Source: Candidatus Dojkabacteria bacterium (GTDB lineage Bacteria; Patescibacteriota; Dojkabacteria; SC72). Taken from it: 64,000 bases of DNA. Shown here piece after piece: positions 28,496 through 38,811 of this stretch; positions within the stretch are counted from its first letter, which is position 1; each line of letters begins with the position of its first letter. The stretch is from contig JBMNHC010000001.1 in assembly GCA_050950165.1 (NCBI GenBank), positions 529,073 through 593,072 of the forward strand, given 5' to 3'. The position numbers were made by a program, and so were the translations under genes. The notes below the pieces were generated by a model. It searched no databases, was not told the DNA's origin, and saw nothing but the letters and a program-made list of their open reading frames with translations.

Positions 28496-29196
28496 TAAGT
28501 ATAAATAGAAGGAAAAAATATAGAGGATTTAGTTTAGTAGAGATGCTTTTAACAATAGGGATATTGGCAATAATTACTCTACTTGTTGCTACTACTTTAA
28601 CTACTTTAATTAAAGTCTCTATTGTTTCTAATGTTAAGAATCAGGCAAGAAACGACGTTAACTTCATAATGGAGTTAATGCAGAGGTCTCTTGGTAACTC
28701 AAATGTTGGTGATATCTCTATCTATGAATCAAAGAGTGTTAGAACTTTCAACCCAGAAACTATGAAAGTAGAAACTGTTCCTGCAGGGGTAGGCTCTGTG
28801 TATACCAGTACAGAAGGAGTATCAGGAAACGAGATTCATGTTCGTTCTTACGGATACAATGTTTGGAGTTGTATAGGGTTCTTTTTAGATTCATATATTC
28901 CTGAAGATCCACAAGAGACTAGATATGGGTATCTTCTTAAAACTACAAAGTATGAATTAGCTGATCATTCTGATTGTTTTGATGAAACAACTGAGGTTTT
29001 AGTATTACACAATGTTGATGTAAAGGTAAAAGAGTTTTTAATAGAGTATCTTGTAGTAGGTGATGATAGTGACAATATGTTTATCGTTAGTTCTACAGTT
29101 TGGCCTTCTAACTGGCCTACAGGTTTTTCTCTGCCAGCTAACAAGGAGATTACTCGTCAAATTACTGTGTCTTCACAGGGTTTGACTTGGTATTAG
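28492..29196 (+). CDS. minor pilin
   Basis: KYRG/FSLVEMLLTIGILAII prepilin signal with Glu +5; ATGA overlap with upstream gene. Confidence 0.65.
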   Translation: MISINRRKKYRGFSLVEMLLTIGILAIITLLVATTLTTLIKVSIVSNVKNQARNDVNFIMELMQRSLGNSNVGDISIYESKSVRTFNPETMKVETVPAGVGSVYTSTEGVSGNEIHVRSYGYNVWSCIGFFLDSYIPEDPQETRYGYLLKTTKYELADHSDCFDETTEVLVLHNVDVKVKEFLIEYLVVGDDSDNMFIVSSTVWPSNWPTGFSLPANKEITRQITVSSQGLTWY

Positions 29197-29217
29197 TTAA
29201 TTGTTAATTTAATATAT

Positions 29218-30201
29218 ATGTCAAAGATTTTTAAAAAGGGATATCCTGCTCAAGCGATAGCCATAATTATGGTAATTTTGGTTGTTGCTACAGTACTTGG
29301 AGCTTCACTTTATTCAAGAACTTTAAAGAACAAGGAGGCAGCTATTAATACAAAAGACTCTATGATGGCAGTAGAGCAGGCAGATAGTTTACTAGATCTC
29401 TTTGTAAGAGCTGATTATAACTTCTTACTATCTCTTTTTGATGATGTGAGGGTTAATGGACCAAAGGATTATACAAGTATTGGTGAAATAAAAGCATTGT
29501 TAGAAGAAAATAATGTAGACTCAACTATTCTTGATTCGCAAGCAGGTATAACTAATTGGTGTGAGTATAACGCAGAGACTAATCCTAGCTCTAGTATTAA
29601 ACTAACAATTGCTCCTGCAGACTCTGCTACAGACTATATAGATGTGAGGGTTGGTTCTGCTAGGGTGTTTGATTTAAAAGGTAATACATACAGCGATGGG
29701 GCATGTTATTTAATATTAAAGTTTGAAGCTAGAGAGGATTCCCCTACTCTTTTTACAATAAAAGAGATATATGGTAATGACTCAGATGAAGTACTCCCTT
29801 ATGTTAATGATGGTAGTACAGATGATATGTTAGCGTTCTGTTTTACAAGGTCAGGAGATCCATGTCCTACAAATTTGAGTAGTGCTGCTCCTAGTTCGTC
29901 TTTCATAGCTTTAGAAAGTGGTAATACCAGAGCTATTAATCTGAAAAAGAGTAGAGATGGGATGCCTCTTAGAATGATTAGAGTAATTCCTTTAAATAAT
30001 GTATTGGCTGTTTCCCACAGTTTCTCTGTAGCAAATTGTTCTAAAAAGACTTTCTCATACATGAAGATTAATGCAGGGGTTAACTGTTACGGTTCGTTTA
30101 GAGAGAAGCAGATCATGGTACCAGGATTAGATAGCTTAGGGTACTCTTCTCTGTTTGATTACACCATTTACAATACTGGTATTTTGGCACCAAGAAATTA
30201 A
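29218..30201 (+). CDS. large pilin-like protein (possible PilX/PilY-type tip or assembly-priming minor pilin)
   Basis: 327 aa; N-terminal KKG/YPAQAIAIIMVILVVATVL hydrophobic helix but no Glu +5; last gene of the pilin run. Confidence 0.45.
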   Translation: MSKIFKKGYPAQAIAIIMVILVVATVLGASLYSRTLKNKEAAINTKDSMMAVEQADSLLDLFVRADYNFLLSLFDDVRVNGPKDYTSIGEIKALLEENNVDSTILDSQAGITNWCEYNAETNPSSSIKLTIAPADSATDYIDVRVGSARVFDLKGNTYSDGACYLILKFEAREDSPTLFTIKEIYGNDSDEVLPYVNDGSTDDMLAFCFTRSGDPCPTNLSSAAPSSSFIALESGNTRAINLKKSRDGMPLRMIRVIPLNNVLAVSHSFSVANCSKKTFSYMKINAGVNCYGSFREKQIMVPGLDSLGYSSLFDYTIYNTGILAPRN

Positions 30202-30220
30202 ATTAAAAATACTAAAGAGA

Positions 30221-30601
30221 ATGGATGGTAAAAAAGTATTAATAATTGAGGATGAGATTCCTTTACTAGATTCATATGCTGAATTAATAGCGGCAGCAAA
30301 ACTAGTGGCTCTTAAAGCGTCTGATGGGTATCAGGGTCTAGATATGTTAGCTACTAATGTTGGAGAGATTGATTTAGTTTTACTAGATTTAATGATGCCG
30401 GGTGTAGATGGTTTAGAGGTTTTAAAGACAGTAAAAAATAATGAGGGTAAATATGGGAGTATGCCTATTGTAGTATTAACAAATATGACTAGTGAGTCAG
30501 TTATTAAAGAGGCGTTTAATATGGGAGCTTCTTCCTACTTAGTTAAAACAGATTTAGACTATTCTGAATTAATTAAAGAGTTAGAGAAATTTTTAGGCTA
30601 G
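30221..30601 (+). CDS. CheY-like single-domain response-regulator receiver
   Basis: MDGKKVLIIEDE...DLVLLDLMMPGVDGLEV...VVLTNMTS...SYLVKT: all canonical receiver residues present; the ORF-track start at 30155 overlaps the previous gene and was trimmed to the ATG at 30221. Confidence 0.8.
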   Translation: MDGKKVLIIEDEIPLLDSYAELIAAAKLVALKASDGYQGLDMLATNVGEIDLVLLDLMMPGVDGLEVLKTVKNNEGKYGSMPIVVLTNMTSESVIKEAFNMGASSYLVKTDLDYSELIKELEKFLG

Positions 30602-30628
30602 TATATTTAAGTTATATATTGCCCCAAA

Positions 30629-31642
30629 GTGCAGGTCGTAGTTAATAAAAAGAAGATAATATTGATAGTAGGCATAGTATTGTTGGTATTAACTGTTATA
30701 GTTGCTTCTTTCTTCTTCTACAAGAAGTCTTTCTCTTCTTCTAGGTTTAAAGATATATATACCTTGTGTGAAGAAAAAGTAGATAATGGTAGAAAGATAT
30801 ATACATGTAACGCCTTCCTTAAGGAAAAAACGGGGAATTCTATACAGGAGTGTTTTGTACTAAAGCTGCCTTCAGGGGATAGTGTAGTAGAAAAATCACT
30901 TTGTGAAAAGAAGGGAGTAATAAAGTGGGATAAGGAAGATATTGATTGGGGTGATGCTATAAATAGCGTGATTCCTGTTAGAGTCTTTTTCTCAGAGAAG
31001 ATACCTTTGCCAATAAAAGGGTTAAATATCTTTGATATTTCTATCGAAAGAGTTGAAGATAAGGACCTTGCTTCTGTACAGAATAGTTTCTATGCACTTA
31101 ATACAATAGGTAATATTCTTACATACGAGGGACAACAACTAGAAAAAAACGGTTATCTCCCTACAATTGTTGAAAAACGAGGAATAGGATATCTATATTT
31201 CTCAAAGGTCTCTTTAGAAGAAATTACAGAAGTGGATAAAACACTTTTGGTTAAGTTCTCAGCTCATTTTAAAGGAAGAGAAAAAACTTTTACGGTAAAA
31301 ACGACTCAGTTTTGGTATAGTGAAGCTTACAATACGAACAAAGAAGAGTCTCCTTTTAAATTAGTAAATCTATCTAATTACCAAAATTATTCTAAAAATA
31401 CTAATTTGAATATGAATCTTATCTATCTTCCCTCATCCTCTTTTCTTTTAGGAAAAGATTTTAATACTATTTGTGCTGATGAAACGCAGAGGGTATATCC
31501 TGCATGTTTATATAGCTCAATAATGACAGATATAACAGCAGTAGAAGATATAGAAAAGACTTTAGAACAGGTAGTCCGTGATGGTGGCTATCTTAAATCT
31601 TTTATTTTATTGAGTATGAATAAGAATAATGAGGGCGATTAG
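30629..31642 (+). CDS. hypothetical membrane-anchored extracytoplasmic protein
   Basis: 337 aa; single N-terminal TM (IILIVGIVLLVLTVIVASFFF), several Cys; located inside the pilus locus. Confidence 0.45.
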   Translation: MQVVVNKKKIILIVGIVLLVLTVIVASFFFYKKSFSSSRFKDIYTLCEEKVDNGRKIYTCNAFLKEKTGNSIQECFVLKLPSGDSVVEKSLCEKKGVIKWDKEDIDWGDAINSVIPVRVFFSEKIPLPIKGLNIFDISIERVEDKDLASVQNSFYALNTIGNILTYEGQQLEKNGYLPTIVEKRGIGYLYFSKVSLEEITEVDKTLLVKFSAHFKGREKTFTVKTTQFWYSEAYNTNKEESPFKLVNLSNYQNYSKNTNLNMNLIYLPSSSFLLGKDFNTICADETQRVYPACLYSSIMTDITAVEDIEKTLEQVVRDGGYLKSFILLSMNKNNEGD

Positions 31643-34238
31643 GTTTACAAAACAGAGTTTGACTATGCTAATAATTTTCTTTGCTGTAGCAATAGGTTCT
31701 CTGTTTCTAAATAGAAAAATGATCTATGGTATGACAGATCCATACAATTGTAGAGCTATAGGAGAAAGTTGTTCCCCGGTAGGAAGTAAGACAGTATCAG
31801 GATGGTTTGTACAATGTATTGTTCCTTTAAAGACAGGTTGTGACACATGGGCTTGCATCCAAGAATCTAATAAACCCGTAGAATATGATTGTTCTGGGAC
31901 AGATACTAAGTGTAGTGGTAAAAGTATTAATTACTATGCCTCTGCATCAGATTGTAATAATCAAGTAAATGCTTTGAATAGTTACTGTTGTGGGAGTTCT
32001 GGACCTCCAAGGGAATGTGGTTGTGGGACACAGCATTGTCAATCTAATGTTGGTGGTTGTAATTGTACATATTGGGGATGTAAGATAGGAAATCCTAGAA
32101 CAGGAGAAGAAGCTTCTAATATGGAAAGTTGTATTGAATATACGTGTTCAGGGGAAGAATGTAGAGACTGTACTCTAGATGCATGTCCTACACCTCTTGT
32201 TGATAGTGGAGATCCTGCATACAAACTTGTTAATTACAGATCCTGTCAAAAGACTGGAAGCTGTGCTGGAACTAAATATGGAGACTGTTATGAAGTACCT
32301 AATGCTAAACCCACTCCTGTAGGCATTACGCCTCATCCATCCGGAACTACAGTTCAAGGTTGTAGCTCTACTACACATACAGGTTTAAATATGAATAACC
32401 CTGTTAACATGACTGCTGTATATGAAGATGTTGATGGAGCTAATGATATTGAAGCAATATATGTATGGTTTAGTACCTCAAATACTGCTCCTGTGACACC
32501 GGCATACATTCAGATGTATGAATCTCCTGGACAACCTAATTCTCCATCTAGATCTAGTTGGGGCTTCATGATGCATAAAGAGGGTAGTAGATGGGTTCCA
32601 TATCTACATAAGTATCATAAAACTGGTGCAGGAGTAGAATATTTTGAGTGGTATAGGACAGCATACAATGATAATAGATTTGCAATTAAAGGTCCCTCTT
32701 CTCAAGATATGGTGTTTGTAAATGTAGGAAGTATTACTCTTAGTGGTAATAGGGTTGAATTTAAATTTAGTCTAGATTTTAGGAATATATCTGAAGCAAA
32801 CAGAGTTACTGATGGTAAGTATAATATCTTTTTAAAGGCAAATGATATATTTGGATTTACACCATATGATAATTATCCAAGTACAGTTACAAGGATAGGG
32901 GCTTACTTTAATCCAGGACAGATCAGATTCTATGAAGATTGGAAAGATAGTGGTAAAGATTGGAATATAGATTTAGTAGCTCCATCTGTTAATAGCTTAA
33001 CAGAGACAATGCTCCATCCTACCTCTATACAATATTCATGGTCTCACTCAGATCTCATGGGACTGTATGCCTTTGTATCTAATATGTATGTCTCACAAGA
33101 TGTACAAGGTAATCCTGATACTATAAAAAGGATTACTTTACAGAAGAGCTTGCCCTCTGGAACTAATATAGTAGCGAGTACTCCATATACACTAACTAAG
33201 TATTCGGACAACTTAGCTTCTCAGATAGGTAATCTTAATGGAGATAGTGTTGCAAAGGTGGTTGGTATTAATACAACTACCCTTAGTGGAACACTTACAG
33301 TAGATATAGGTGCTAATCGTGAGAAAAGTTTACTCCACTATATGACAGCAATAGATTTAGCTTGTAATGTTAGTGGAGCTAATGTAGCTTCTAATTTAGA
33401 AGACTGGATAATTACACAGGGTGGTTTACTCTACTCTGCAAGAGGTGTTCAATTTAAAGTTCGTGAGGTTGAAGATGATAATTTATGGAATGGTATTAAT
33501 CTGTTAAATAGAGTTAAGCCAAGATATTCAGATATTTCTAGTGAGATGTATGGGAATATAGTTAATGATACAACTTCTTTGAAAAAGACTGTAAATTCAT
33601 ATTCAATAGGACAGTTTAAAGCATATAGAGATATAGATTTTTATAAAGATATTAAGACTACATTTGAGAAAAGAGAGTTAGGATTACAAGGACAGATGCA
33701 GAGAATAGCTCCTAGATCTACTCTTACAGGGAATTTAGGTGGTGGTCCAATCAAGGTGATGGATGTAGTTGGAGATCTTACAGTAGGGAGTCCTACAACA
33801 AAGTTTGTTTGTGATGGAAAAGGTTTGTTCTTTGTAAGTGGTAATCTCTTTATAAATGGAGAGATAACTAATGCCAATAGGAATAAGGATGCATGTATAT
33901 TTGTTGTTAAAGGAAATGCCTCTATTGGATCTCTGGCTACCAAGTCTAGCTCTACTTCTCTAGCCTATGATGAAATAAATGCATATATATTAGTAAATGG
34001 AGACATTACCATATCTTCTGGAAATAGTGGGGATGTAGATGGTCTTTATATCAATGGTGGTATACATTCATTAGGTAGGAATGGTATTACAATGAGTAGA
34101 TACTTAGGTCTAATCTATAGAAGTACTCATCCTGCATTTTTTGTAGATCATCATTCTAAGTATGGAATGTTAAGTACCATATTAATAGGTAATCCTATTG
34201 ATATGGTTAAAGTAGAAGTTGGATTTAAACCGTTTTAG
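31629..34238 (+). CDS. giant cysteine-rich extracytoplasmic protein A (pilus-locus associated; candidate adhesin)
   Basis: 869 aa; N-terminal TM anchor; about 200-aa Cys-dense region (more than 35 Cys), then an about 600-aa domain homologous to the C-terminus of the next gene (shared blocks AVYxDxxGANDIEAIxVWF, WGFMM, FTPYDNY, KDACIFVVKG, terminal GFKP[FY]). Confidence 0.7.
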   Translation: MRAIRFTKQSLTMLIIFFAVAIGSLFLNRKMIYGMTDPYNCRAIGESCSPVGSKTVSGWFVQCIVPLKTGCDTWACIQESNKPVEYDCSGTDTKCSGKSINYYASASDCNNQVNALNSYCCGSSGPPRECGCGTQHCQSNVGGCNCTYWGCKIGNPRTGEEASNMESCIEYTCSGEECRDCTLDACPTPLVDSGDPAYKLVNYRSCQKTGSCAGTKYGDCYEVPNAKPTPVGITPHPSGTTVQGCSSTTHTGLNMNNPVNMTAVYEDVDGANDIEAIYVWFSTSNTAPVTPAYIQMYESPGQPNSPSRSSWGFMMHKEGSRWVPYLHKYHKTGAGVEYFEWYRTAYNDNRFAIKGPSSQDMVFVNVGSITLSGNRVEFKFSLDFRNISEANRVTDGKYNIFLKANDIFGFTPYDNYPSTVTRIGAYFNPGQIRFYEDWKDSGKDWNIDLVAPSVNSLTETMLHPTSIQYSWSHSDLMGLYAFVSNMYVSQDVQGNPDTIKRITLQKSLPSGTNIVASTPYTLTKYSDNLASQIGNLNGDSVAKVVGINTTTLSGTLTVDIGANREKSLLHYMTAIDLACNVSGANVASNLEDWIITQGGLLYSARGVQFKVREVEDDNLWNGINLLNRVKPRYSDISSEMYGNIVNDTTSLKKTVNSYSIGQFKAYRDIDFYKDIKTTFEKRELGLQGQMQRIAPRSTLTGNLGGGPIKVMDVVGDLTVGSPTTKFVCDGKGLFFVSGNLFINGEITNANRNKDACIFVVKGNASIGSLATKSSSTSLAYDEINAYILVNGDITISSGNSGDVDGLYINGGIHSLGRNGITMSRYLGLIYRSTHPAFFVDHHSKYGMLSTILIGNPIDMVKVEVGFKPF

Positions 34239-34241
34239 AGT

Positions 34242-37200
34242 ATGAGAGATAAAAAGATATTACTATTTACAATTTCTTTCTTACTTTTCTTTCTCTTTGG
34301 AATTCTTTTAGTAGAAGATTCTGTATTAGCACTGTCTTGTCCTGATGGTTGTTTTCCGAATAATTCCTTAGGAGTATGTACTGGACAAGGTGGTTGTGTA
34401 GGACCAGTAGGAGTACCGAAAGGTCCTAGACCAGATGGATGTCATAATACGGAGTTTCAAGTTTCAAACTATTGTTGTGATATATGTGAGGATGGTAGTG
34501 GTAGTGGATGTACTGAATGTACTCCTCCAGCGTGTCCTGCAGGTACTGGAGAAACGGATACTGGTTTTTATGCGACTCAAACCTCATGTGATAGAGGAGA
34601 TGGTTGTAATCCTAGATATAATACTAGGACATGTTACTATCAAAGACAAAATCTCTGTTCAAGTGCTTACACATCTAGTATTTATTTAAAAAGTGGACAA
34701 TCTGCTTCTATAACTGCAAATGCTAATACGAATGTAAATACCTTTTTCTATGCTTTTTATAATGTTGATAACAATTATGCTGTAGTGTGTTCTGCTAATT
34801 ATATCGCTGGTTGGGCAGAAGTACAGGGAACATGTCCTGCAGGTAGATATCAACTTTTGCGTAAAAACTATTATGCTACTGCAAGAAGTTCTGAAACAAC
34901 AATCTTTCCAGCTAACAGTATCTTTATAAATGATACAAACTGGGGAGGTCAGCAGGTTAAGAATTTACAGATAAATACATATTTTATAATTGATGGACGT
35001 CCAACATCTTTACCAGCAGCTCCTTGTGTATTTAATCAACGACTATGTTCTCCTCTTTGTACTCCTTCTCCATGTCTTGGTCCTATTTATACATATACTC
35101 CAACATCTTTTGGAACTAGTACTTTTACTTGTAATAATAGTCCCTCTGCTTGTGGTACAGAAAGTAGAACATGTTACTGTCGTACACCATGTGAACCTCC
35201 AAGTTGTCCTTCAAGTTTAAGTAATACAAATCAGGGAGCAGGTATTAGTACCGTAACTAGAACATGTGGTAATGCATGTGGTTCTCCTAACCAGAGAAGA
35301 TGTTACTGTATAGATTGTACACCTGTGCCATCTTCTTCTGCTTTTACTCTGTCGTCAACAGGAAAGCAATCAACAACAACCTCACTTCAAACTGTAAGCT
35401 GTTCTAAAGGAGAAGGTTGTACACCTAAGACAGTTCCACAGTATTGTGTTAGATGTACACCTCAGTCATGTACTCCTACATATTCGACAACCAATAAAGG
35501 ATTTGGTTCAGTTACTCTCTCTTGTCCTAATCCAGGTGAGGGTTGTGGATTTGAGGGTAACACCTGCTATGTTGACTCATGTTCGAACTGTACTATGCCT
35601 AACTGTCCTACTCCACTAACGAACAATCCTACTGTTGATAGTCCTAATATGGTTTTAGAAAACTTTAGATCTTGTACAAAAGGATCTCCATGTGGTGGAC
35701 CACCTGCATATGCATCCTGTTATGAACCAGTTAGTCCACAACCTACTACATCTCTTTCAATACGTCCAGATGGAGTAAATATGTATGGATTCTCCAGTAA
35801 TACACACAGTGGACAGAGAATAGTTGGTAAGTACAATCTTAATGACCCAATTGAGATGGAAGCTGTATATACAGATCCTAACGGAGCTAATGACATTGAA
35901 GCAATATCTGTATGGTTTAGAAATTCATCAGAAACAGGTGAGATAGAGAGTCCACTTTGGATAGATACCTCCCCTACACCTAGTCAAGCACCTAAGGCAT
36001 ACTCAAACAGTACATGGGGCTTTATGATGCGACTAGAGGGAACTAGCTGGAGACCATATGTAACCAGTTATCCTTCTGGTGGAACAGCTAAATGGGTACG
36101 AGCTATATATTCTAACAACTCATTTGTAATATCAGGACCTAGTGGTCTTGGCATGGTTAGAGTTTCTGTTGCTCAAACAGATATTACAAAATCAGGTAAC
36201 AGTGTTAGTATGAAATTTACCCTTCAGTTTGATTTAGGAGAAAGTTCAGAATCTGTTGCAGAGGTTGAGTATACAACATATCTAATGGGAAATGATCTCT
36301 TTAGTTTTACCCCTTATGATAACTATACCTCATATCCTGAAGTTGATGCTAAGATTGGAGATTACTGGGCACCAGGACAACTAAGATACAGAATCTCACC
36401 AACTGTTGCTCAACTCTACGCTAGACAGTGGCAACCTACAGGCTTTAATTGGACAGTAGACAGAGTACTTCCAGATGTCCAAGATTTAAAAATTTCTGTA
36501 GTAGGAGATACTACCTTACGCTTAAGTTGGCAAGTATCTGATGATAAAAAGATATATGCAATAGTGGGAAACATATATGCATCTGCTAGTATGCCACCAG
36601 ATGCTCCCCCTGTTCTACTTACAGAGTCAGGTACTGTATTAGAGAAAGAATCTCCGTTTACACTACTACCACAAGCAGAACCAGGAGTTCTCTCTAGTGA
36701 GTATGCATTTAGAAAGCTATCTATTGGAGGTACTACACACACAGGTAGTATAGATATTGATTTAAACGGAAACAAGGAAGGATCCTTAGTGATATATCTA
36801 ACTGTCTTTGATATGGCAGGTAATATGTTTATTAAATCCTTAACCTATTCATTAGGTGATTGGTTTGTGACAGAAGGAGGGTTTGTTTATGCTTCAGAAG
36901 GAATGAATTTTGAAGTTAGGAATATAGATGAGAGTACTACATGGAGTGCTTCTCTTCTTCAAAATTTTGTACCTTCTAGAACAGATATATCTAGTGAGAT
37001 GTTTGCAGACAACAGTAGTGCTGGTACACTACCATCTGGACTTCAAAAGAGTACTTTAACAGGTTCTTACCATGTTAGACCATTTCCAGTAAACACAAAA
37101 GTAACTAGTATATATACAGAACTTTTAAGAGCATACAATGATAGAGCGATAGATGGAGCAACTATTTTAGATAGTGGTATTACATCTTTTACAGGTAATC

Positions 37201-37733
37201 TTAATGGTACAACCTACGGCTGTTTAGCTAGTAATTCCGTATGTATTCAGAAAGCTCCGGGAGATTTAGTAGTAGGCTCATCCTCTCATGATTTTACTTG
37301 TGATAACTGGGGAGTATTCTTTGTGGGTGGAAATCTTACGATAGAAAATGCAATTAGAAATAGTACTGCTGATCATAATAAAGACGCATGTATATTTGTT
37401 GTTAAGGGAGATGTGGTTATTAACAATGGACCGAAAATGTCTTCTAGTACTCAGATAGAATATGATGAGATTCGAGCATATATTGTAGCAGATGGAAATA
37501 TTAATATTGTTGCTCAAACAGGTGTTGCTAACCACTACGATGGTATATTTGTAGAAGGAGGGTTACACTCTTTTAGTGGTTTAAATATGGCAAGAAGCTT
37601 AAAATTAGTTGATAGGAATATATATCCCTCTTTGGTAGTAAAGAATCATCCTAAATATTCAGTACTGAGTAATCTTGTCTTTGGTAGCCAAATAGATATA
37701 TTAAAAACTGAAACAGGTTTCAAACCATATTAA
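34242..37733 (+). CDS. giant cysteine-rich extracytoplasmic protein B (paralog of 31629..34238) with three internal about 42-aa Cys modules
   Basis: 1163 aa; signal/TM N-terminus; Cys-rich region with tandem modules CxPxSC...G.G..T.T..C.....C....R.CY; C-terminal about 600 aa paralogous to the upstream gene. Confidence 0.7.
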   Translation: MRDKKILLFTISFLLFFLFGILLVEDSVLALSCPDGCFPNNSLGVCTGQGGCVGPVGVPKGPRPDGCHNTEFQVSNYCCDICEDGSGSGCTECTPPACPAGTGETDTGFYATQTSCDRGDGCNPRYNTRTCYYQRQNLCSSAYTSSIYLKSGQSASITANANTNVNTFFYAFYNVDNNYAVVCSANYIAGWAEVQGTCPAGRYQLLRKNYYATARSSETTIFPANSIFINDTNWGGQQVKNLQINTYFIIDGRPTSLPAAPCVFNQRLCSPLCTPSPCLGPIYTYTPTSFGTSTFTCNNSPSACGTESRTCYCRTPCEPPSCPSSLSNTNQGAGISTVTRTCGNACGSPNQRRCYCIDCTPVPSSSAFTLSSTGKQSTTTSLQTVSCSKGEGCTPKTVPQYCVRCTPQSCTPTYSTTNKGFGSVTLSCPNPGEGCGFEGNTCYVDSCSNCTMPNCPTPLTNNPTVDSPNMVLENFRSCTKGSPCGGPPAYASCYEPVSPQPTTSLSIRPDGVNMYGFSSNTHSGQRIVGKYNLNDPIEMEAVYTDPNGANDIEAISVWFRNSSETGEIESPLWIDTSPTPSQAPKAYSNSTWGFMMRLEGTSWRPYVTSYPSGGTAKWVRAIYSNNSFVISGPSGLGMVRVSVAQTDITKSGNSVSMKFTLQFDLGESSESVAEVEYTTYLMGNDLFSFTPYDNYTSYPEVDAKIGDYWAPGQLRYRISPTVAQLYARQWQPTGFNWTVDRVLPDVQDLKISVVGDTTLRLSWQVSDDKKIYAIVGNIYASASMPPDAPPVLLTESGTVLEKESPFTLLPQAEPGVLSSEYAFRKLSIGGTTHTGSIDIDLNGNKEGSLVIYLTVFDMAGNMFIKSLTYSLGDWFVTEGGFVYASEGMNFEVRNIDESTTWSASLLQNFVPSRTDISSEMFADNSSAGTLPSGLQKSTLTGSYHVRPFPVNTKVTSIYTELLRAYNDRAIDGATILDSGITSFTGNLNGTTYGCLASNSVCIQKAPGDLVVGSSSHDFTCDNWGVFFVGGNLTIENAIRNSTADHNKDACIFVVKGDVVINNGPKMSSSTQIEYDEIRAYIVADGNINIVAQTGVANHYDGIFVEGGLHSFSGLNMARSLKLVDRNIYPSLVVKNHPKYSVLSNLVFGSQIDILKTETGFKPY

Positions 37734-37782
37734 TTTCTGCTATTATTAATATAGCTATAATAATTTAACTGCCTTAAAGGAA

Positions 37783-38811
37783 ATGGCGAAACTGCCTGAC
37801 CATGTTGGAATAGACTTCGGTACTCACTCTGTTAAAGCTGTAGAGTTAAGAAATGTCACCTCTAATCCTCAATTAATAAATCTGGGAAGTCAGCTTACTC
37901 CTAAGGGAGTAATTAACAGTGAACAGAAAGAAGATCAGAGAAAATTAGCAGATGTACTTAAAAAACTGTACGATGATTCTAGGATAAAGAACAAGAATGC
38001 TGTGATGGCATTACCAGAGTTTTCTGTTTTTACTAGATTTTTAGAGTTTCCTGGTGTAAAGAAGGAAGAACTAAAAGATGCTGTATATTTTGAAGCTAAA
38101 CAATATATCCCTATGTCTGTTAATGATGTACATATGAGTTTTGTAACCATAGGGTTTAATGAGGAGAAAAATGCTCCTCGTGTATTACTTGTAGCTGCTC
38201 CTAAAAAAATAGTTTCCATATATATGGAGATAGCTGCTATGGCAGATTTAGATTTAATTGCAATAGAGACTGAATCTGTTGCAATGGGTAGAGCTATGTA
38301 TAGAGCAACTAATCAGAAAAACTTAGTTATGCTTGATTTTGGTGCTAACAGTACAGATATGAGTATCATGTCAAATGGATACTTAGTATTTTCTCAAAGT
38401 ATTGCAATTGGATCAGACTCTCTTACACAGGCATTAGTAAACAAATTTAGTTTTGAATACAGTAGAGCTGAAGAATTTAAGAGAAACTATGGTCTAGTAC
38501 CAAATGTATTAGAAGGTAAAATATCTGCAGCACTCGCCCCTATTCTAGACTCTATCCTTATGGAAGTACGAAGAGGCGTAGAGTTTTACAAGAACAAAAC
38601 AAGTAGTCCTTCTCCTACTGAGTATCTACTCAATGGAGATGGAGCTTTGCTACCAGGTCTTTCAGAGTATGTTTCTAAACAGCTAGGAGTAAATGCTCAG
38701 ATAGCGAATCCATGGACTGGTATATCTGTAGACAGTAAATTTAAAGATATTGTAGCAAAGGGAGGACCTTCCTACTCTGTTGCAATAGGGTTGTCACTAA
38801 AAGATGAATAA
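37783..38811 (+). CDS. pilM: type IV pilus assembly protein PilM (actin-like ATPase fold)
   Basis: 342 aa; N-terminal HVGIDFGTHSVKAVEL (actin/FtsA-like phosphate-1 motif); followed by pilN/pilO. Confidence 0.85.
   Translation: MAKLPDHVGIDFGTHSVKAVELRNVTSNPQLINLGSQLTPKGVINSEQKEDQRKLADVLKKLYDDSRIKNKNAVMALPEFSVFTRFLEFPGVKKEELKDAVYFEAKQYIPMSVNDVHMSFVTIGFNEEKNAPRVLLVAAPKKIVSIYMEIAAMADLDLIAIETESVAMGRAMYRATNQKNLVMLDFGANSTDMSIMSNGYLVFSQSIAIGSDSLTQALVNKFSFEYSRAEEFKRNYGLVPNVLEGKISAALAPILDSILMEVRRGVEFYKNKTSSPSPTEYLLNGDGALLPGLSEYVSKQLGVNAQIANPWTGISVDSKFKDIVAKGGPSYSVAIGLSLKDE

Noticed and set aside
30155-30220. Upstream extension of the receiver ORF (track start at 30155)
   Set aside because: It overlaps the preceding pilin-like gene in another frame. 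The receiver fold begins at MDGKKVLIIEDE (ATG at 30221).
34435-35220. Plus-strand ORFs 34435..34689 and 34990..35220 inside the Cys-rich protein B gene
   Set aside because: They are alternative-frame ORFs with extreme Val/Leu/His low complexity, overlapping a long, conserved (paralog-supported) reading frame.
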